Source: Oxalobacteraceae bacterium (GTDB lineage: Bacteria > Pseudomonadota > Gammaproteobacteria > Burkholderiales > Burkholderiaceae_D). Taken from it: DNA of 64,000 nt. How positions within the stretch are numbered: the first letter of the stretch is position 1; each line of letters begins with the position of its first letter. A program made the translations under genes and the position numbers. Positions 28,129 to 38,199 of the stretch are shown one piece after another. A model generated the notes under the pieces. That model saw only the letters and a program-made list of their open reading frames with translations. It ran no database searches and was not told where the DNA came from. The DNA lies in NCBI GenBank assembly GCA_027484285.1, contig JAIXTG010000114.1:34848-98847 (forward strand). The letters run 5' to 3'.

Positions 28129-30411
28129 ATGTCCCTCGATACCAACATTGTTCCCGCCGCCGATGGCACTCCCGTCCAGGGCGACCTGCTCGAAGCGGCT
28201 GCTTCTCCCCTGGCGATGAGCCTTCAGGATTTCGTTGCCGAATTCGGCGACGAACTGCTGGACTCGCTCAACCGCGCCAACCCTCCCGTCTACACCAGCC
28301 AGGCCCGGCCGCATCGCCAGCTCGTGCTGGCCAGTCTCAAGCGCAAGCTGTTCGGCGCGCAGGCCGAGGTGGTGCATGCCGTCACCGAGCTGCTGGCCGA
28401 CCGCGGCGAACGCGCCGCGATCGTCAATGGCGAAATGGGCTGCGGCAAGACCACCGTTGGCATTGCCACGGCGGCCGTGCTGCACGCCGAAGGCTACCGC
28501 CGCACGCTGGTCCTCTCACCGCCTCACCTGGTCTACAAGTGGCGCCGGGAAATCCAGGAAACCGTGGCCGGCGCGAAGGTCTGGGTGCTCAACGGCCCAG
28601 ACACGCTGGTCAAGCTCATCAAGCTGCGCGAGCAGTTGGGCGTGCCGGTGCGCGGCCAGGAGTTCTACGTGCTCGGGCGCGTGCGGATGCGCATGGGTTT
28701 CCACTGGAAGCCCGTCTTCAACGTGCGGCACACGAAGCACGGCGAAGTCGGCGCATGCCCGGATTGCGGCCAGGTCATCACCAACCTCGACGGCGAGCCA
28801 ATCAACCCGGTCGAACTCGAAGCTGAGGACTACCGCCGCCGGTGCAGCCATTGCGCCGCACCGCTGTGGACGCTGATGCGACCGCGCAGCCTGTCCGCCA
28901 GCGACCAGTCCACGGCCGTCTTCAAAGCCTTGCAGCGCATCCCGACCATCGGGGAAGTCACCGCGCAGAAGCTGATGAAGAAGTTCGGCGACGGCTTCCT
29001 GGCCTCGATGCTGGGCGACAACATCCACGAGTTCATCAACCTCATGGATGCCAACGGCGAGCTGGTCTTCTCGGACGCCCAAGCGCACCGCATGGAGCGG
29101 GCGATGGCGAACATGGAGTTCGGCTTCGGTGAGGGTGGCTACCAGCCGTCCGAGTTCATCAAGAGGTATTTGCCGCAAGGCACGTTCGACCTGCTCATCG
29201 CCGACGAGGCGCACGAGTACAAGAACGGCGGTAGCGCCCAGGGCCAGGCCATGGGCGTGCTCGCTGCGAAGGCGCGCAAGACCTTGCTGCTTACCGGCAC
29301 GCTGATGGGTGGCTACGGCGACGACCTGTTCCACCTGCTGTTCCGAGCCCTGCCGGGGCGAATGATCGAAGACGGCTACCGCCCGACCAAGAGCGGCAGC
29401 ATGACCTCGGCCGCGATGGCGTTCATGCGCGATCACGGGATTCTCAAGGACATCTATTCCGAGAGCACGGGCACGGCGCACAAGACGGCCAAGGGCACCA
29501 AGGTATCGGTGCGCACGGTCAAGGCGCCGGGCTTCGGCCCGAAGGGCGTGCTACGTTGCGTCCTGCCGTTCACGGTATTTCTCAAGCTCAAGGACATCGG
29601 CGGCAATGTGCTGCCGTCCTACGACGAGGAGTTCCGCGAGGTGGCGATGGACACGGCGCAAGCCGCGGCCTATCGCGATCTGTCGTTTCGTCTGACCTCG
29701 GCGCTGAAACAGGCGCTGGCCAAGCGCGACACGACGCTGCTCGGCGTGGTCCTCAACGTGCTGCTGGCCTGGCCGGATTGCTGCTTCCGGTCGGAGACGG
29801 TGGTGCACCCTCGCACGCGCCAGACCTTGGCCTTCGTTCCGGCTCAGTTCAACGAGCTGGAGGTGATGCCCAAGGAGCGCGAGCTGATCGAGATCTGCAA
29901 GCAGGAGAAGGCTGCGGGTCGCAAGACGCTGGTCTACTCGGTCTACACCGGAACGCGCGACACCACGTCGCGTTTGAAGGTGCTGCTGGAGCAGGAGGGC
30001 TTCAAGGTGGCGGTGTTGCGCGCGAGCGTAGACGCCAGCCGTCGCGAAGACTGGATCGCCGAGCAGTTGGACCGTGGCATCGACGTGCTCGTCACGAACC
30101 CGGAGCTGGTCAAGACGGGTCTCGACCTGTTGGAGTTTCCGACGATCGTGTTCATGCAGTCGGGCTACAACGTCTACAGCCTGCAGCAGGCGGCCCGGCG
30201 CTCATGGCGCATCGGCCAGAAGCTGCCGGTTCGCGTGATCTACCTCGGCTATGCGGCTTCCTCGCAGATGACCTGCCTGGGGCTGATGGCGCGAAAGATC
30301 ATGGTCTCGCAGAGCACGTCGGGAGACGTGCCCGAGTCGGGACTGGATGTGCTGAACCAGGACGGTGATTCCGTCGAGGTGGCACTGGCCCGGCAACTCG
30401 TCGCGGCCTGA
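28129..30411 (+). CDS. SF2/SNF2-like helicase
   Basis: GEMGCGKT, DEAH, TGTL and QAARRSWRIGQ; internal CxxC...CxxC and an HhH-like IPTIGEVTA. Confidence 0.9.
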   Translation: MSLDTNIVPAADGTPVQGDLLEAAASPLAMSLQDFVAEFGDELLDSLNRANPPVYTSQARPHRQLVLASLKRKLFGAQAEVVHAVTELLADRGERAAIVNGEMGCGKTTVGIATAAVLHAEGYRRTLVLSPPHLVYKWRREIQETVAGAKVWVLNGPDTLVKLIKLREQLGVPVRGQEFYVLGRVRMRMGFHWKPVFNVRHTKHGEVGACPDCGQVITNLDGEPINPVELEAEDYRRRCSHCAAPLWTLMRPRSLSASDQSTAVFKALQRIPTIGEVTAQKLMKKFGDGFLASMLGDNIHEFINLMDANGELVFSDAQAHRMERAMANMEFGFGEGGYQPSEFIKRYLPQGTFDLLIADEAHEYKNGGSAQGQAMGVLAAKARKTLLLTGTLMGGYGDDLFHLLFRALPGRMIEDGYRPTKSGSMTSAAMAFMRDHGILKDIYSESTGTAHKTAKGTKVSVRTVKAPGFGPKGVLRCVLPFTVFLKLKDIGGNVLPSYDEEFREVAMDTAQAAAYRDLSFRLTSALKQALAKRDTTLLGVVLNVLLAWPDCCFRSETVVHPRTRQTLAFVPAQFNELEVMPKERELIEICKQEKAAGRKTLVYSVYTGTRDTTSRLKVLLEQEGFKVAVLRASVDASRREDWIAEQLDRGIDVLVTNPELVKTGLDLLEFPTIVFMQSGYNVYSLQQAARRSWRIGQKLPVRVIYLGYAASSQMTCLGLMARKIMVSQSTSGDVPESGLDVLNQDGDSVEVALARQLVAA

Positions 30412-30425
30412 TCCCACCCACCCAC

Positions 30426-30459
30426 GCCGGCTGCCCTTCGGGGCGCCGGCTTCTTTTTT
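30426..30459 (+). terminator. Rho-independent terminator
   Basis: GCCGGC-TGCCC-TTCG-GGGC-GCCGGC followed by TTCTTTTTT. Confidence 0.75.
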
Positions 30460-30574
30460 GTTCTGCGCATCGACGGCAGGCCATGAAGTCGGGCGCATGC
30501 CAGTTCCCTTTGTTTGCTGCCCCAACGCCCTGCGGCGGCGATGGTGAGGGCTCCGTGTTCCAGGGAACTGCCCC

Positions 30575-31177
30575 ATGCAACCACTCACCTGCGTCGTTCA
30601 TCGCCTGACTGCGCCTGCCTTGCTGGTTGGCTGCGTGCTCATCACCGGCTGCGCCGCCACGGGCACGGCGAGCACCCCGACTGCCCCTGACTCGATTCCC
30701 GAGCCTGCGGTGTTGGTCAGGACCATCGCCCCGGAGCCCGAGCCGAGCCTGATCCCGGTGGCCCGTTATGGGCGCTACACGCTGGTTGAGATGGTGCCGG
30801 AACCGGCGCAGCGCGACCTGCTGCGGCAGGTGATCGAGATTTCGATTCCGCCGACCTTGGACGCGAGCGTCGGCGATGCCCTGCGGCACGTGCTGCTGCG
30901 CACCGGCTACCGCCTTTGCGATGCGCCGGACGCCGCTTCGCTGTTCACGCTGCCGCTGCCGGCGGCGCACCTGCGGCTCGGGCCACTGCCGCTGCGCGAT
31001 GCCTTGCTGGCGCTGGCCGGTCCGGCCTGGGATCTGTCAGTCGATGACGCGGCGCGCGCGGTGTGCTTCGCGCGCCTGACGACTGCGCGTGCGCCGAGCG
31101 CCAGCCCCATTCCTGCGGCTGCCGCATCGAGCGCGCCCGCCGCCGAACCCCACGTGCCCCAGGAGGCCCAGCCATGA
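30575..31177 (+). CDS. PilL-like ICE lipoprotein (TIGR03748 type)
   Basis: Lipobox LITGC; RYGRYTLVE...QRDLLRQVI...TGYRLC. Confidence 0.8.
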   Translation: MQPLTCVVHRLTAPALLVGCVLITGCAATGTASTPTAPDSIPEPAVLVRTIAPEPEPSLIPVARYGRYTLVEMVPEPAQRDLLRQVIEISIPPTLDASVGDALRHVLLRTGYRLCDAPDAASLFTLPLPAAHLRLGPLPLRDALLALAGPAWDLSVDDAARAVCFARLTTARAPSASPIPAAAASSAPAAEPHVPQEAQP

Positions 31178-31818
31178 CCATCCCGCAGCTTCCCGACGAG
31201 AACGCCGGCCGCGCGCGCTGGTTGAACATCGCAGCGGCCGCGTGGCTGCTGCTCGTGAGCATCCTCGCGGTGGTCAACAGCGTGGGCCTGTCGCGCCTGA
31301 GCGAGCAGAGCCAGGCCAGCGCCCAGGATGCGCACGTGCAGGCGCTCAACACGCGCGTCGCCGAACTCGAACAGCAGGCGGCGGCCTCGAAGAACCAGCC
31401 CAAGCCTGTCACCCAGCCCGACTTCGAGGCCGCGCGCAAGGCGCTGGACGAGCGCCTGACGCAGGTCGAGCAGGCCCAGGCCGCAGACGCCCATACCGGC
31501 GACTTGCAGGCGCTGCAGGCGCGCATGGGCGACCTCGAAGCGCGCATGAAGCGAACCGCCGCGCCTGCCGCGGCACCCCGGCGCACCGCCGAGCCGGCCA
31601 ATCCCAAGGTGCCCGAACCGCCGTTCAACGTCGTGGGCGTGGAACTGCGCGGCGGCGAGCGCTTCCTGTCGGTGGCGGCGCCCAAGGCCTCGTCGGTGCT
31701 GGACGTGTGGCTGCTGCGCGAAGGCGATGCCGTAGGCGCGTGGCATCTGCTGGCGATCGAGGCGCGCGCCGCCGTGTTCCGCGTGGACGGCCAGACCCAG
31801 CGCCTTGCGCTGCCATAG
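31174..31818 (+). CDS. ICE membrane-anchored coiled-coil protein
   Basis: N-terminal TM helix, coiled coil, and PPFNVVGVELRGGERFLSV. Confidence 0.75.
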   Translation: MTIPQLPDENAGRARWLNIAAAAWLLLVSILAVVNSVGLSRLSEQSQASAQDAHVQALNTRVAELEQQAAASKNQPKPVTQPDFEAARKALDERLTQVEQAQAADAHTGDLQALQARMGDLEARMKRTAAPAAAPRRTAEPANPKVPEPPFNVVGVELRGGERFLSVAAPKASSVLDVWLLREGDAVGAWHLLAIEARAAVFRVDGQTQRLALP

Positions 31819-31827
31819 GAGCCGGCC

Positions 31828-32550
31828 ATGAAGCACGCCGCGATCTGCTTCGCCGCCATCCTCGCCGCTGTCGCAGGCACGGCCTCGGCGCAGTCGGCGC
31901 CGGTCGCGTCCTCGCGCACCGTTCCCGCCCAGGTGCAGAACAGCAGCGACGCTGCGCTGGACGAGCGCCTGGCACGCGATTGGGGGCTGCGCCCCGAGGA
32001 GTGGGCGCGCTACCGCCAACTGATGCAGGGGCCGCTGGGCATCTATTCCCCGAACCTCGATCCGCTGACGGCGCTGGGCATCGAGGCGCGCAGCGACGAG
32101 GAACGCAACCGCTATGCAGAGCTGCAGGTGCAGGCGGAATCGAAGCGCGTGGGCAAGACGCTGGCGTACCAGCGGGCCTACGACGCGGCGTGGAAGCGGC
32201 TCTATCCGGGACAGCAGCGCGTGAACATGCCCGGTGCGAAGGTGCCGGGCGCCGGCAACCGGGGCTCGGGCCGGCTGGCGGTTTTCGTGAAGGCCGAGTG
32301 CCCGCCGTGCGAGCAGCGCGTGCGCCAGTTGCAGGCGGCCGGCACCGCCTTCGACCTCTACATGGTCGGCAGCCGCCAGGAGGACGCCCGCATCCGCCAG
32401 TGGGCGACGCAGGCCGGCATCGACGCCGGCCGCGTGCGCTCGCGCACCATCACGCTCAACCATGACGCCGGGCGCTGGCTGTCGCTCGGCCTGCCCGGCG
32501 ATCTGCCCGCTGTGGTGCGCGAGGTCAACGGCCAATGGCAGCGGCAGTAA
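31828..32550 (+). CDS. TIGR03759-family ICE protein
   Basis: WGLRPEEWARY...LDPLTALGIEARSDEERNRYAE; CPPC. Confidence 0.8.
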   Translation: MKHAAICFAAILAAVAGTASAQSAPVASSRTVPAQVQNSSDAALDERLARDWGLRPEEWARYRQLMQGPLGIYSPNLDPLTALGIEARSDEERNRYAELQVQAESKRVGKTLAYQRAYDAAWKRLYPGQQRVNMPGAKVPGAGNRGSGRLAVFVKAECPPCEQRVRQLQAAGTAFDLYMVGSRQEDARIRQWATQAGIDAGRVRSRTITLNHDAGRWLSLGLPGDLPAVVREVNGQWQRQ

Positions 32551-33119
32551 CCCGCCGTGCAGGCTGCGCGGCCTTGGTCCTCGGCCTTTGCGCCCATGCC
32601 GCCATCGTCTTCGGCCAGGAGGTGCCGCCACCTGCCTACCAGCTCGCCGCTCAGCAGGCGGGCGTGCCGTCGCCGGTGCTGTATGCGGTGGCGCTGCAGG
32701 AGAGCGGCGCCCGGCTGCGCGGCCGGCTGATCCCGTGGCCGTGGACGCTCAACGTCGCCGGCCGCGCCGAACGCTACGCCACGCGGGCCGAGGCCTGCGC
32801 AGGCATCCGCCGGGCGCTCGCCAGCACGCCGGCCAACCGCATCGACGCCGGCCTCGGCCAGGTCAACCTCGGCTACCACGCGCACCGCTACGCGCATCCC
32901 TGCGAGCTGCTGGACCCGTACCGCAACCTCGCCATCGTCGCGGAAATCCTGCAGGAGCAGCACACGCCGGGCGAGGACTGGCTGGTCGCCATCGGCCGCT
33001 ACCACCGCCCCGCGGGCGGCGAGCCGGCCGCCCGCTACCGCCGCAGCGTCCACCAGCACCTGACCCGCGTGCTCGGGCCAGGCGCCTCACTTCCCTCTGC
33101 CCGGAGTCCCATGCCATGA
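32535..33119 (+). CDS. Lytic transglycosylase (SLT)
   Basis: YAVALQES...IDAGLGQVN...IGRYH. Confidence 0.85.
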   Translation: MAAAVTRRAGCAALVLGLCAHAAIVFGQEVPPPAYQLAAQQAGVPSPVLYAVALQESGARLRGRLIPWPWTLNVAGRAERYATRAEACAGIRRALASTPANRIDAGLGQVNLGYHAHRYAHPCELLDPYRNLAIVAEILQEQHTPGEDWLVAIGRYHRPAGGEPAARYRRSVHQHLTRVLGPGASLPSARSPMP

Positions 33120-33670
33120 ACCGCATCCTCGTTGCCGCGACTGCGGCGCTGCTGGCCACCACCGCCGACGCGCAGGACCGCAGCCCCTATACCAAGCCGG
33201 CGTCACCGCCGCTGATCGTGGTCGAGGACAAGGGCGGCACCTCGGCGCTGCCGTACTACCGCGCCTTGAACCCGCAAGATGCGCAGCCAGGCCAACCGGC
33301 CATGCCGCAACCAGTACCCCGCATCGGCAATCCTGCCGATGCCGAGGCGGCCATGCTGCCGGTGCGCTCGGCGCGGCTCACCCCGGGCGACGAGCCGCGT
33401 CGCGTGATCCGCGCGCCAGGCCTCACGCCATTGTTCCTGGTCGGCGACGATGACGCCTCGCGCGCATGGCTCAAACAGCGGGGCAAGGATTTGCAGGCGC
33501 TGCGCGCCGTGGGCCTGGTGGTCAACGTGGCGACGCCCGAAGCACTGGCCGCGCTGCGCCGCCTGGCACCTGGTTTGATGCTCTCGCCGGTCTCGGGAGA
33601 CGAGCTGGCGCAGCGCTTGGGGCTCAAGCACTACCCGGTGCTGATCACCGCCACGGGCATCGAGCCCTGA
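33116..33670 (+). CDS. PFL_4695-family ICE protein
   Basis: Signal peptide; LFLVGDD...GLVVNV...HYPVLIT. Confidence 0.8.
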   Translation: MNRILVAATAALLATTADAQDRSPYTKPASPPLIVVEDKGGTSALPYYRALNPQDAQPGQPAMPQPVPRIGNPADAEAAMLPVRSARLTPGDEPRRVIRAPGLTPLFLVGDDDASRAWLKQRGKDLQALRAVGLVVNVATPEALAALRRLAPGLMLSPVSGDELAQRLGLKHYPVLITATGIEP

Positions 33671-33690
33671 TGTGACGTGAAGCGCCCGCC

Positions 33691-35850
33691 ATGGACCAGT
33701 CCCAAGCCGTCGAAGTCTTGCTGCGGCCAGCGGTGGAGCTATACACCGTCGCGGTCTGTGCGGGCGCCGCGTTTCTATGCCTGGTGGCCCCGTGGTCGCT
33801 CGCGCTGAGCCCTCTACTCGGCCTGGGCAGCGCGCTCGCCTTCATCGCCTTCGGCGCGCTGCGCTTTCACGACGCCTGGGCCATCCTGCGCTACCGGCGC
33901 AACATCCGGCGCCTGCCGCGCTACGTGATGACCAGCCGCGACGTGCCGGTCAGCCAGCAGCGGCTGTTCGTCGGCCGGGGCTTCCGCTGGGACCAGCGGC
34001 ACACGCACCGGCTGATGCAGACCTACCGGCCGGAGTTCAGGCGCTACGTCGAACCGGCGGCGATCTACCGAATGGCGCGGCGCATGGAAGAGCGCCTGGA
34101 GTTCGCGCCGTATCCGCTGTCCAAGATGGCAAAGGCCCTGGCCTGGGACAGTCCGCTGAACCCGGCGCGGCCGCTGCCGCCGGTGGGGGGCCTGCCGCGG
34201 CTGCACGGCATTGAGCCGCACGAGGTCGACGTCACCCTGCCGTTGGCCGAGCGCGTCGGCCACAGCCTGGTGTTAGGCACCACGCGCGTCGGCAAGACCC
34301 GCCTGGCCGAGCTGTTCATCACGCAGGACATCCGGCGCAAGGTCAATGGGCAGCACGAGGTCGTGATCGTCTTCGACCCCAAGGGCGACGCGGACCTGTT
34401 GAAGCGCATGTACGTGGAGGCCAAGCGCGCCGGACGCGAAGGCGAGTTCTATGTCTTCCACCTAGGCTGGCCGGACATCTCCGCACGCTACAACGCGGTG
34501 GGACGCTTCGGCCGCATCAGCGAAGTCGCCACGCGCATCGCGGGCCAGCTCTCCGGTGAAGGCAACAGCGCGGCTTTCCGCGAGTTCGCCTGGCGCTTCG
34601 TCAACATCATCGCGCGGGCTTTGGTGGAGTTGGGACAGCGGCCCGACTACCTGCTGATCCAGCGCCACGTCATCAACATCGATGCGCTGTTCATCGAGTA
34701 TGCCCAGCACTACTTCGCACGGGAAGAGCCGAAAGCCTGGGAGGTCATCGTCCAGCTCGAAGCCAAGCTGAACGACAAGAACATCCCGCGCAACATGATC
34801 GGCCGCGAGAAGCGCGTCGTCGCGCTGGAGCAGTACCTCTCGCAGGTACGCATCTACGACCCGGTGCTCGACGGCCTGCGCAGCGCTGTGCGCTACGACC
34901 GAACCTACTTCGACAAGATCGTCGCGTCGCTGCTGCCGCTGCTGGAAAAGCTCACCACCGGCAAGATCGCGCAGTTGCTCGCGCCGAACTATTCGGACCT
35001 CTCCGACCCGCGACCGATCTTCGACTGGATGCAGATCATCCGAAAGCGGGCCGTGGTCTACGTCGGGCTGGATGCGCTGTCGGACGCGGAAGTCGCGGCG
35101 GCGGTCGGCAACTCGATGTTCAGCGATCTCGTCTCGGTCGCCGGGCACATCTACAAGTTCGGCATCGACGACGGCCTGCCGGGCGCTGCGACCGGCGTGA
35201 AAGTGCCGATCAACGTGCACGCCGACGAGTTCAACGAACTCATGGGCGACGAGTTCATCCCGATGGTCAACAAGGGCGGCGGCGCAGGCGTGCAGGTCAC
35301 GGCATACACGCAGACCCTCTCGGACATCGAGGCGCGCATCGGCAACCGTGCGAAGGCGGGTCAGGTGGTGGGCAACTTCAACAACCTGTTCATGCTGCGC
35401 GTGCGCGAGACCGCCACGGCCGAGCTGCTGACGCGGCAACTGCCCAAGGTCGAGGTCTACACGACGACGGTGATGAGCGGTGCCACCGACAGCTCCGATC
35501 CGACCGGCAACACCGCTTTCACGTCCAACACGCAGGACCGCATCAGCAGCAACAGCGTGCCGCTGATCGAGCCCGCGCACGTCGTCAGCCTGCCCAAGGG
35601 CCAAGCCTTCGCGCTGATCGAAGGCGGTCACCTGTGGAAGGTGCGTATGCCTTTGCCGGCACCGGACCCCGACGAGGCCATGCCCAAGGATCTGCAGGAG
35701 CTGGCCGGCTACATGCGCCAGCACTACGTCGAGGCCGGCGACTGGTGGGACAACAAGGGGCTTCCCGGCCTGCAGGACCAGGCGCTGCCCGACGATCTGC
35801 TCGCCGACTTCAAGCAGATGGCGAGCGCGGATGAAGGGGCCACGGCATGA
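33691..35850 (+). CDS. traD: Type IV coupling protein (TraD/VirD4-like)
   Basis: N-terminal TM segments, Walker A LGTTRVGKT, VFDPKGD and HADEFNE. Confidence 0.92.
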   Translation: MDQSQAVEVLLRPAVELYTVAVCAGAAFLCLVAPWSLALSPLLGLGSALAFIAFGALRFHDAWAILRYRRNIRRLPRYVMTSRDVPVSQQRLFVGRGFRWDQRHTHRLMQTYRPEFRRYVEPAAIYRMARRMEERLEFAPYPLSKMAKALAWDSPLNPARPLPPVGGLPRLHGIEPHEVDVTLPLAERVGHSLVLGTTRVGKTRLAELFITQDIRRKVNGQHEVVIVFDPKGDADLLKRMYVEAKRAGREGEFYVFHLGWPDISARYNAVGRFGRISEVATRIAGQLSGEGNSAAFREFAWRFVNIIARALVELGQRPDYLLIQRHVINIDALFIEYAQHYFAREEPKAWEVIVQLEAKLNDKNIPRNMIGREKRVVALEQYLSQVRIYDPVLDGLRSAVRYDRTYFDKIVASLLPLLEKLTTGKIAQLLAPNYSDLSDPRPIFDWMQIIRKRAVVYVGLDALSDAEVAAAVGNSMFSDLVSVAGHIYKFGIDDGLPGAATGVKVPINVHADEFNELMGDEFIPMVNKGGGAGVQVTAYTQTLSDIEARIGNRAKAGQVVGNFNNLFMLRVRETATAELLTRQLPKVEVYTTTVMSGATDSSDPTGNTAFTSNTQDRISSNSVPLIEPAHVVSLPKGQAFALIEGGHLWKVRMPLPAPDPDEAMPKDLQELAGYMRQHYVEAGDWWDNKGLPGLQDQALPDDLLADFKQMASADEGATA

Positions 35851-36596
35851 GCGACCCCGCCGTCGCCGTCCAGCGCCAGCAGGTTCGCCAGCAGGGCCTG
35901 ATCGCGGGCCTCATCACGCTGCCGTTCCGGCTGTTCGGGGTGTTGGCCGGTTCGCTGGTGCTGTGCATCGCGATCGAGTGCATCGGCATGCACTTCTTCT
36001 GGCCCGAGCAGGGCTGGCGCCACGCGCAGGGCATGCTGGACTACGAGTTGTCGCAGGTCTCGGAGCATTTCACGCAAAGCGTGCTGGTGCAGGAACCGGG
36101 GCGCAGTGCACGCCAGCTCGTCGAGTGGGCCTACCAAGGGCTGTTCGTGAAGACGGGCCTGCTGGACTGGATACGCGACGCGGCGGCGCAATCACGCGCC
36201 GGTGCGCACAGCCAGGTACAGGACTTCCGCCACTACATCAGTCAGCTCTACGTGCACGTGGAGAGCTACCTGATCGCCTCGGCCTACACGGTGCTGGTGT
36301 TCCTCGTGCGGCTGCTGGTGCTGGTCCTGACCCTGCCGCTGTTCCTGATGGCGGCCTTCACCGGCCTGGTGGATGGCCTTGTGCGCCGCGACGTGCGCGG
36401 CTTCGGCGCCGGGCGCGAATCGGGCTTCGTCTACCACCGGGCGAGAGCCAGCCTGATGCCGCTGGCGGTGCTGCCCTGGGTCACTTACCTGGCGTTGCCG
36501 GTCAGCGTGCATCCGCTGCTGATTCTGCTGCCCAGCGCGGCGCTGCTGGGCGTAGCGGTGTGCATCGCGTCGGCGACGTTCAAGAAGTACCTGTAG
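35847..36596 (+). CDS. TIGR03747-family ICE membrane protein
   Basis: Multi-TM; DGLVRRDVRGFGAGRESGFVYH. Confidence 0.82.
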   Translation: MSDPAVAVQRQQVRQQGLIAGLITLPFRLFGVLAGSLVLCIAIECIGMHFFWPEQGWRHAQGMLDYELSQVSEHFTQSVLVQEPGRSARQLVEWAYQGLFVKTGLLDWIRDAAAQSRAGAHSQVQDFRHYISQLYVHVESYLIASAYTVLVFLVRLLVLVLTLPLFLMAAFTGLVDGLVRRDVRGFGAGRESGFVYHRARASLMPLAVLPWVTYLALPVSVHPLLILLPSAALLGVAVCIASATFKKYL

Positions 36597-36709
36597 CCGC
36601 ATCGGCCGCCGCCGCGGAAAGCGGTGGCGGGCCGGTTCCGATTGATTGCGGCGCTGGAAGACCGGCCGTTTGAGCATCGAGCCATCCGCATCCCTCGGAG
36701 AACGGCTCG

Positions 36710-37117
36710 ATGGAAACCACTCGCAATCCCGCGCAGGTTCGGCGTTTCGCCGTCGCGGCACCCTGGGCCGTGCGTCTTGCCGCGCTGCTGCTTGCCGCTG
36801 CCGGATTGCAGCCCGCCATCGCGGCCGATGCCTCCGACAACGCCGCGGAGCGCGAGATGCTCGCCGCGGTGACGCACCAGCTCGACCTGCTGGACCGTCT
36901 CGCCGAGCGTGCCGCAGCCACCGCGCCGCAGGAGCGCGCCCGCTACCACTTCGACTACGTGCGGCTGCGCGCCGACCTGGAGCGTGTGCGCACCGGCGTG
37001 CGCGACTACCTCGTTCCGCAACGCGCCCAGCCGCGTGATCCCGTGCCGCTGGCCGGCGGCTACACGCGCAGCAACGCGGCGCCTGCGACGCCGGCCAAGG
37101 AGGCGCCGTCGCCATGA
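36710..37117 (+). CDS. RAQPRD-family ICE protein
   Basis: Literal RAQPRD motif after RYHFDY. Confidence 0.88.
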   Translation: METTRNPAQVRRFAVAAPWAVRLAALLLAAAGLQPAIAADASDNAAEREMLAAVTHQLDLLDRLAERAAATAPQERARYHFDYVRLRADLERVRTGVRDYLVPQRAQPRDPVPLAGGYTRSNAAPATPAKEAPSP

Positions 37118-37353
37118 CGCCTTCCGCCGATCAGGTCGCCGCCTTCACGGCCAACAGCGGCTTCGCGCCCGGGGCCGTCTCCACCGTCGTGCTCGGTTTC
37201 GTCTTCGCCGTCCTGCTGCTGTGGGGCGTGTGGGCGATGCGCACCGCCTATGTCGGCTGGGCCGAGCACCACCTGACCCAACGCCAGTTCCTCGGCGTCA
37301 TCGTGCGCTTCATCGCGATGTACCTGGTGCTGGGCTTTTTCCTCCTGTCCTGA
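37114..37353 (+). CDS. TIGR03758-family small membrane protein
   Basis: Two TM segments; QVAAFTANSGF. Conserved position. Confidence 0.75.
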   Translation: MTPSADQVAAFTANSGFAPGAVSTVVLGFVFAVLLLWGVWAMRTAYVGWAEHHLTQRQFLGVIVRFIAMYLVLGFFLLS

Positions 37354-37374
37354 CCCCATGAAAGGTACTTCGCC

Positions 37375-37758
37375 ATGAACGCTCCCGCTACTTCTCCCCG
37401 TCTCACTTCGCTGCCTTTGCGGCCTTCGCGCATCGCCGCGCTGCTGATTCCGCTGGGCATCGCCGCCACGCCGCTGCCGTCGTTCGCCGACCTTCCCACG
37501 CTGGAAGACCCGTCGCGCGGCACCGGCAGCGGCATCATGCAGACGCTGCAAAACTACGGCTACGACATCGTGCTGCTGATCGCGCTGCTCGTCGTCGCCT
37601 CGATGTTCGTCGGTGTCTGCTACCACGCCTACACCCGCTACGCCGAGATCCACACCGGCCGCGCGACCTGGGGCCAGTTCGGCCTGACGGTGGCGGTGGG
37701 CGCGATCCTGCTGGTCGTCGGCATCTGGCTGCTGACCAAGGCCACCGGCGTCCTGTAA
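37375..37758 (+). CDS. TIGR03745-family membrane protein (pilin/VirB2-like candidate)
   Basis: Signal peptide plus two hydrophobic helices; EDPSRGTGSG...TWGQFG. Confidence 0.75.
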   Translation: MNAPATSPRLTSLPLRPSRIAALLIPLGIAATPLPSFADLPTLEDPSRGTGSGIMQTLQNYGYDIVLLIALLVVASMFVGVCYHAYTRYAEIHTGRATWGQFGLTVAVGAILLVVGIWLLTKATGVL

Positions 37759-37770
37759 GGCCCGGCAACG

Positions 37771-38199
37771 ATGGCCGGCGCCCTGGAGAGTCCGTCACGC
37801 GACGGGCTCGTGACCTTCCTGCCGCACCGCCTCAACCGCCACCCGGTGGTCGTGCGCGGGCTCACGGCCGACGAGCTGTGGGTCTGCGCCGGCCTGTCCG
37901 GCGCGGCCGGTCTCGTGGCCGGCGTGCCGCTGGCCTGGCTGACGCGCAGCATCGCGATGGTGCCCACGCTGATCGTCGCCGGCATCGGCATCGGTGTCTT
38001 CGTGGGCGGCGGCCTGCTGCGGCGGTGGAAGCGTGGCCGGCCCGACACCTGGCTGTACCGCCAGCTCCAGTGGCGCCTCGCGCTGCGCTACCCCGCGCTG
38101 GCTGCGCATGCGGGTGGGGGCCAGCTCATCACCCGGTCGGGCTGGTGGTCCACGCGGCGCCTGCGGCCCGATCCGTCCCTGCGTCGAGGTAGACCATGA
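37771..38199 (+). CDS. TIGR03750-family conjugal transfer protein
   Basis: FLPHRLNRHPVVVRGLTADEL; KRGRPDTWLYR. Confidence 0.78.
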   Translation: MAGALESPSRDGLVTFLPHRLNRHPVVVRGLTADELWVCAGLSGAAGLVAGVPLAWLTRSIAMVPTLIVAGIGIGVFVGGGLLRRWKRGRPDTWLYRQLQWRLALRYPALAAHAGGGQLITRSGWWSTRRLRPDPSLRRGRP

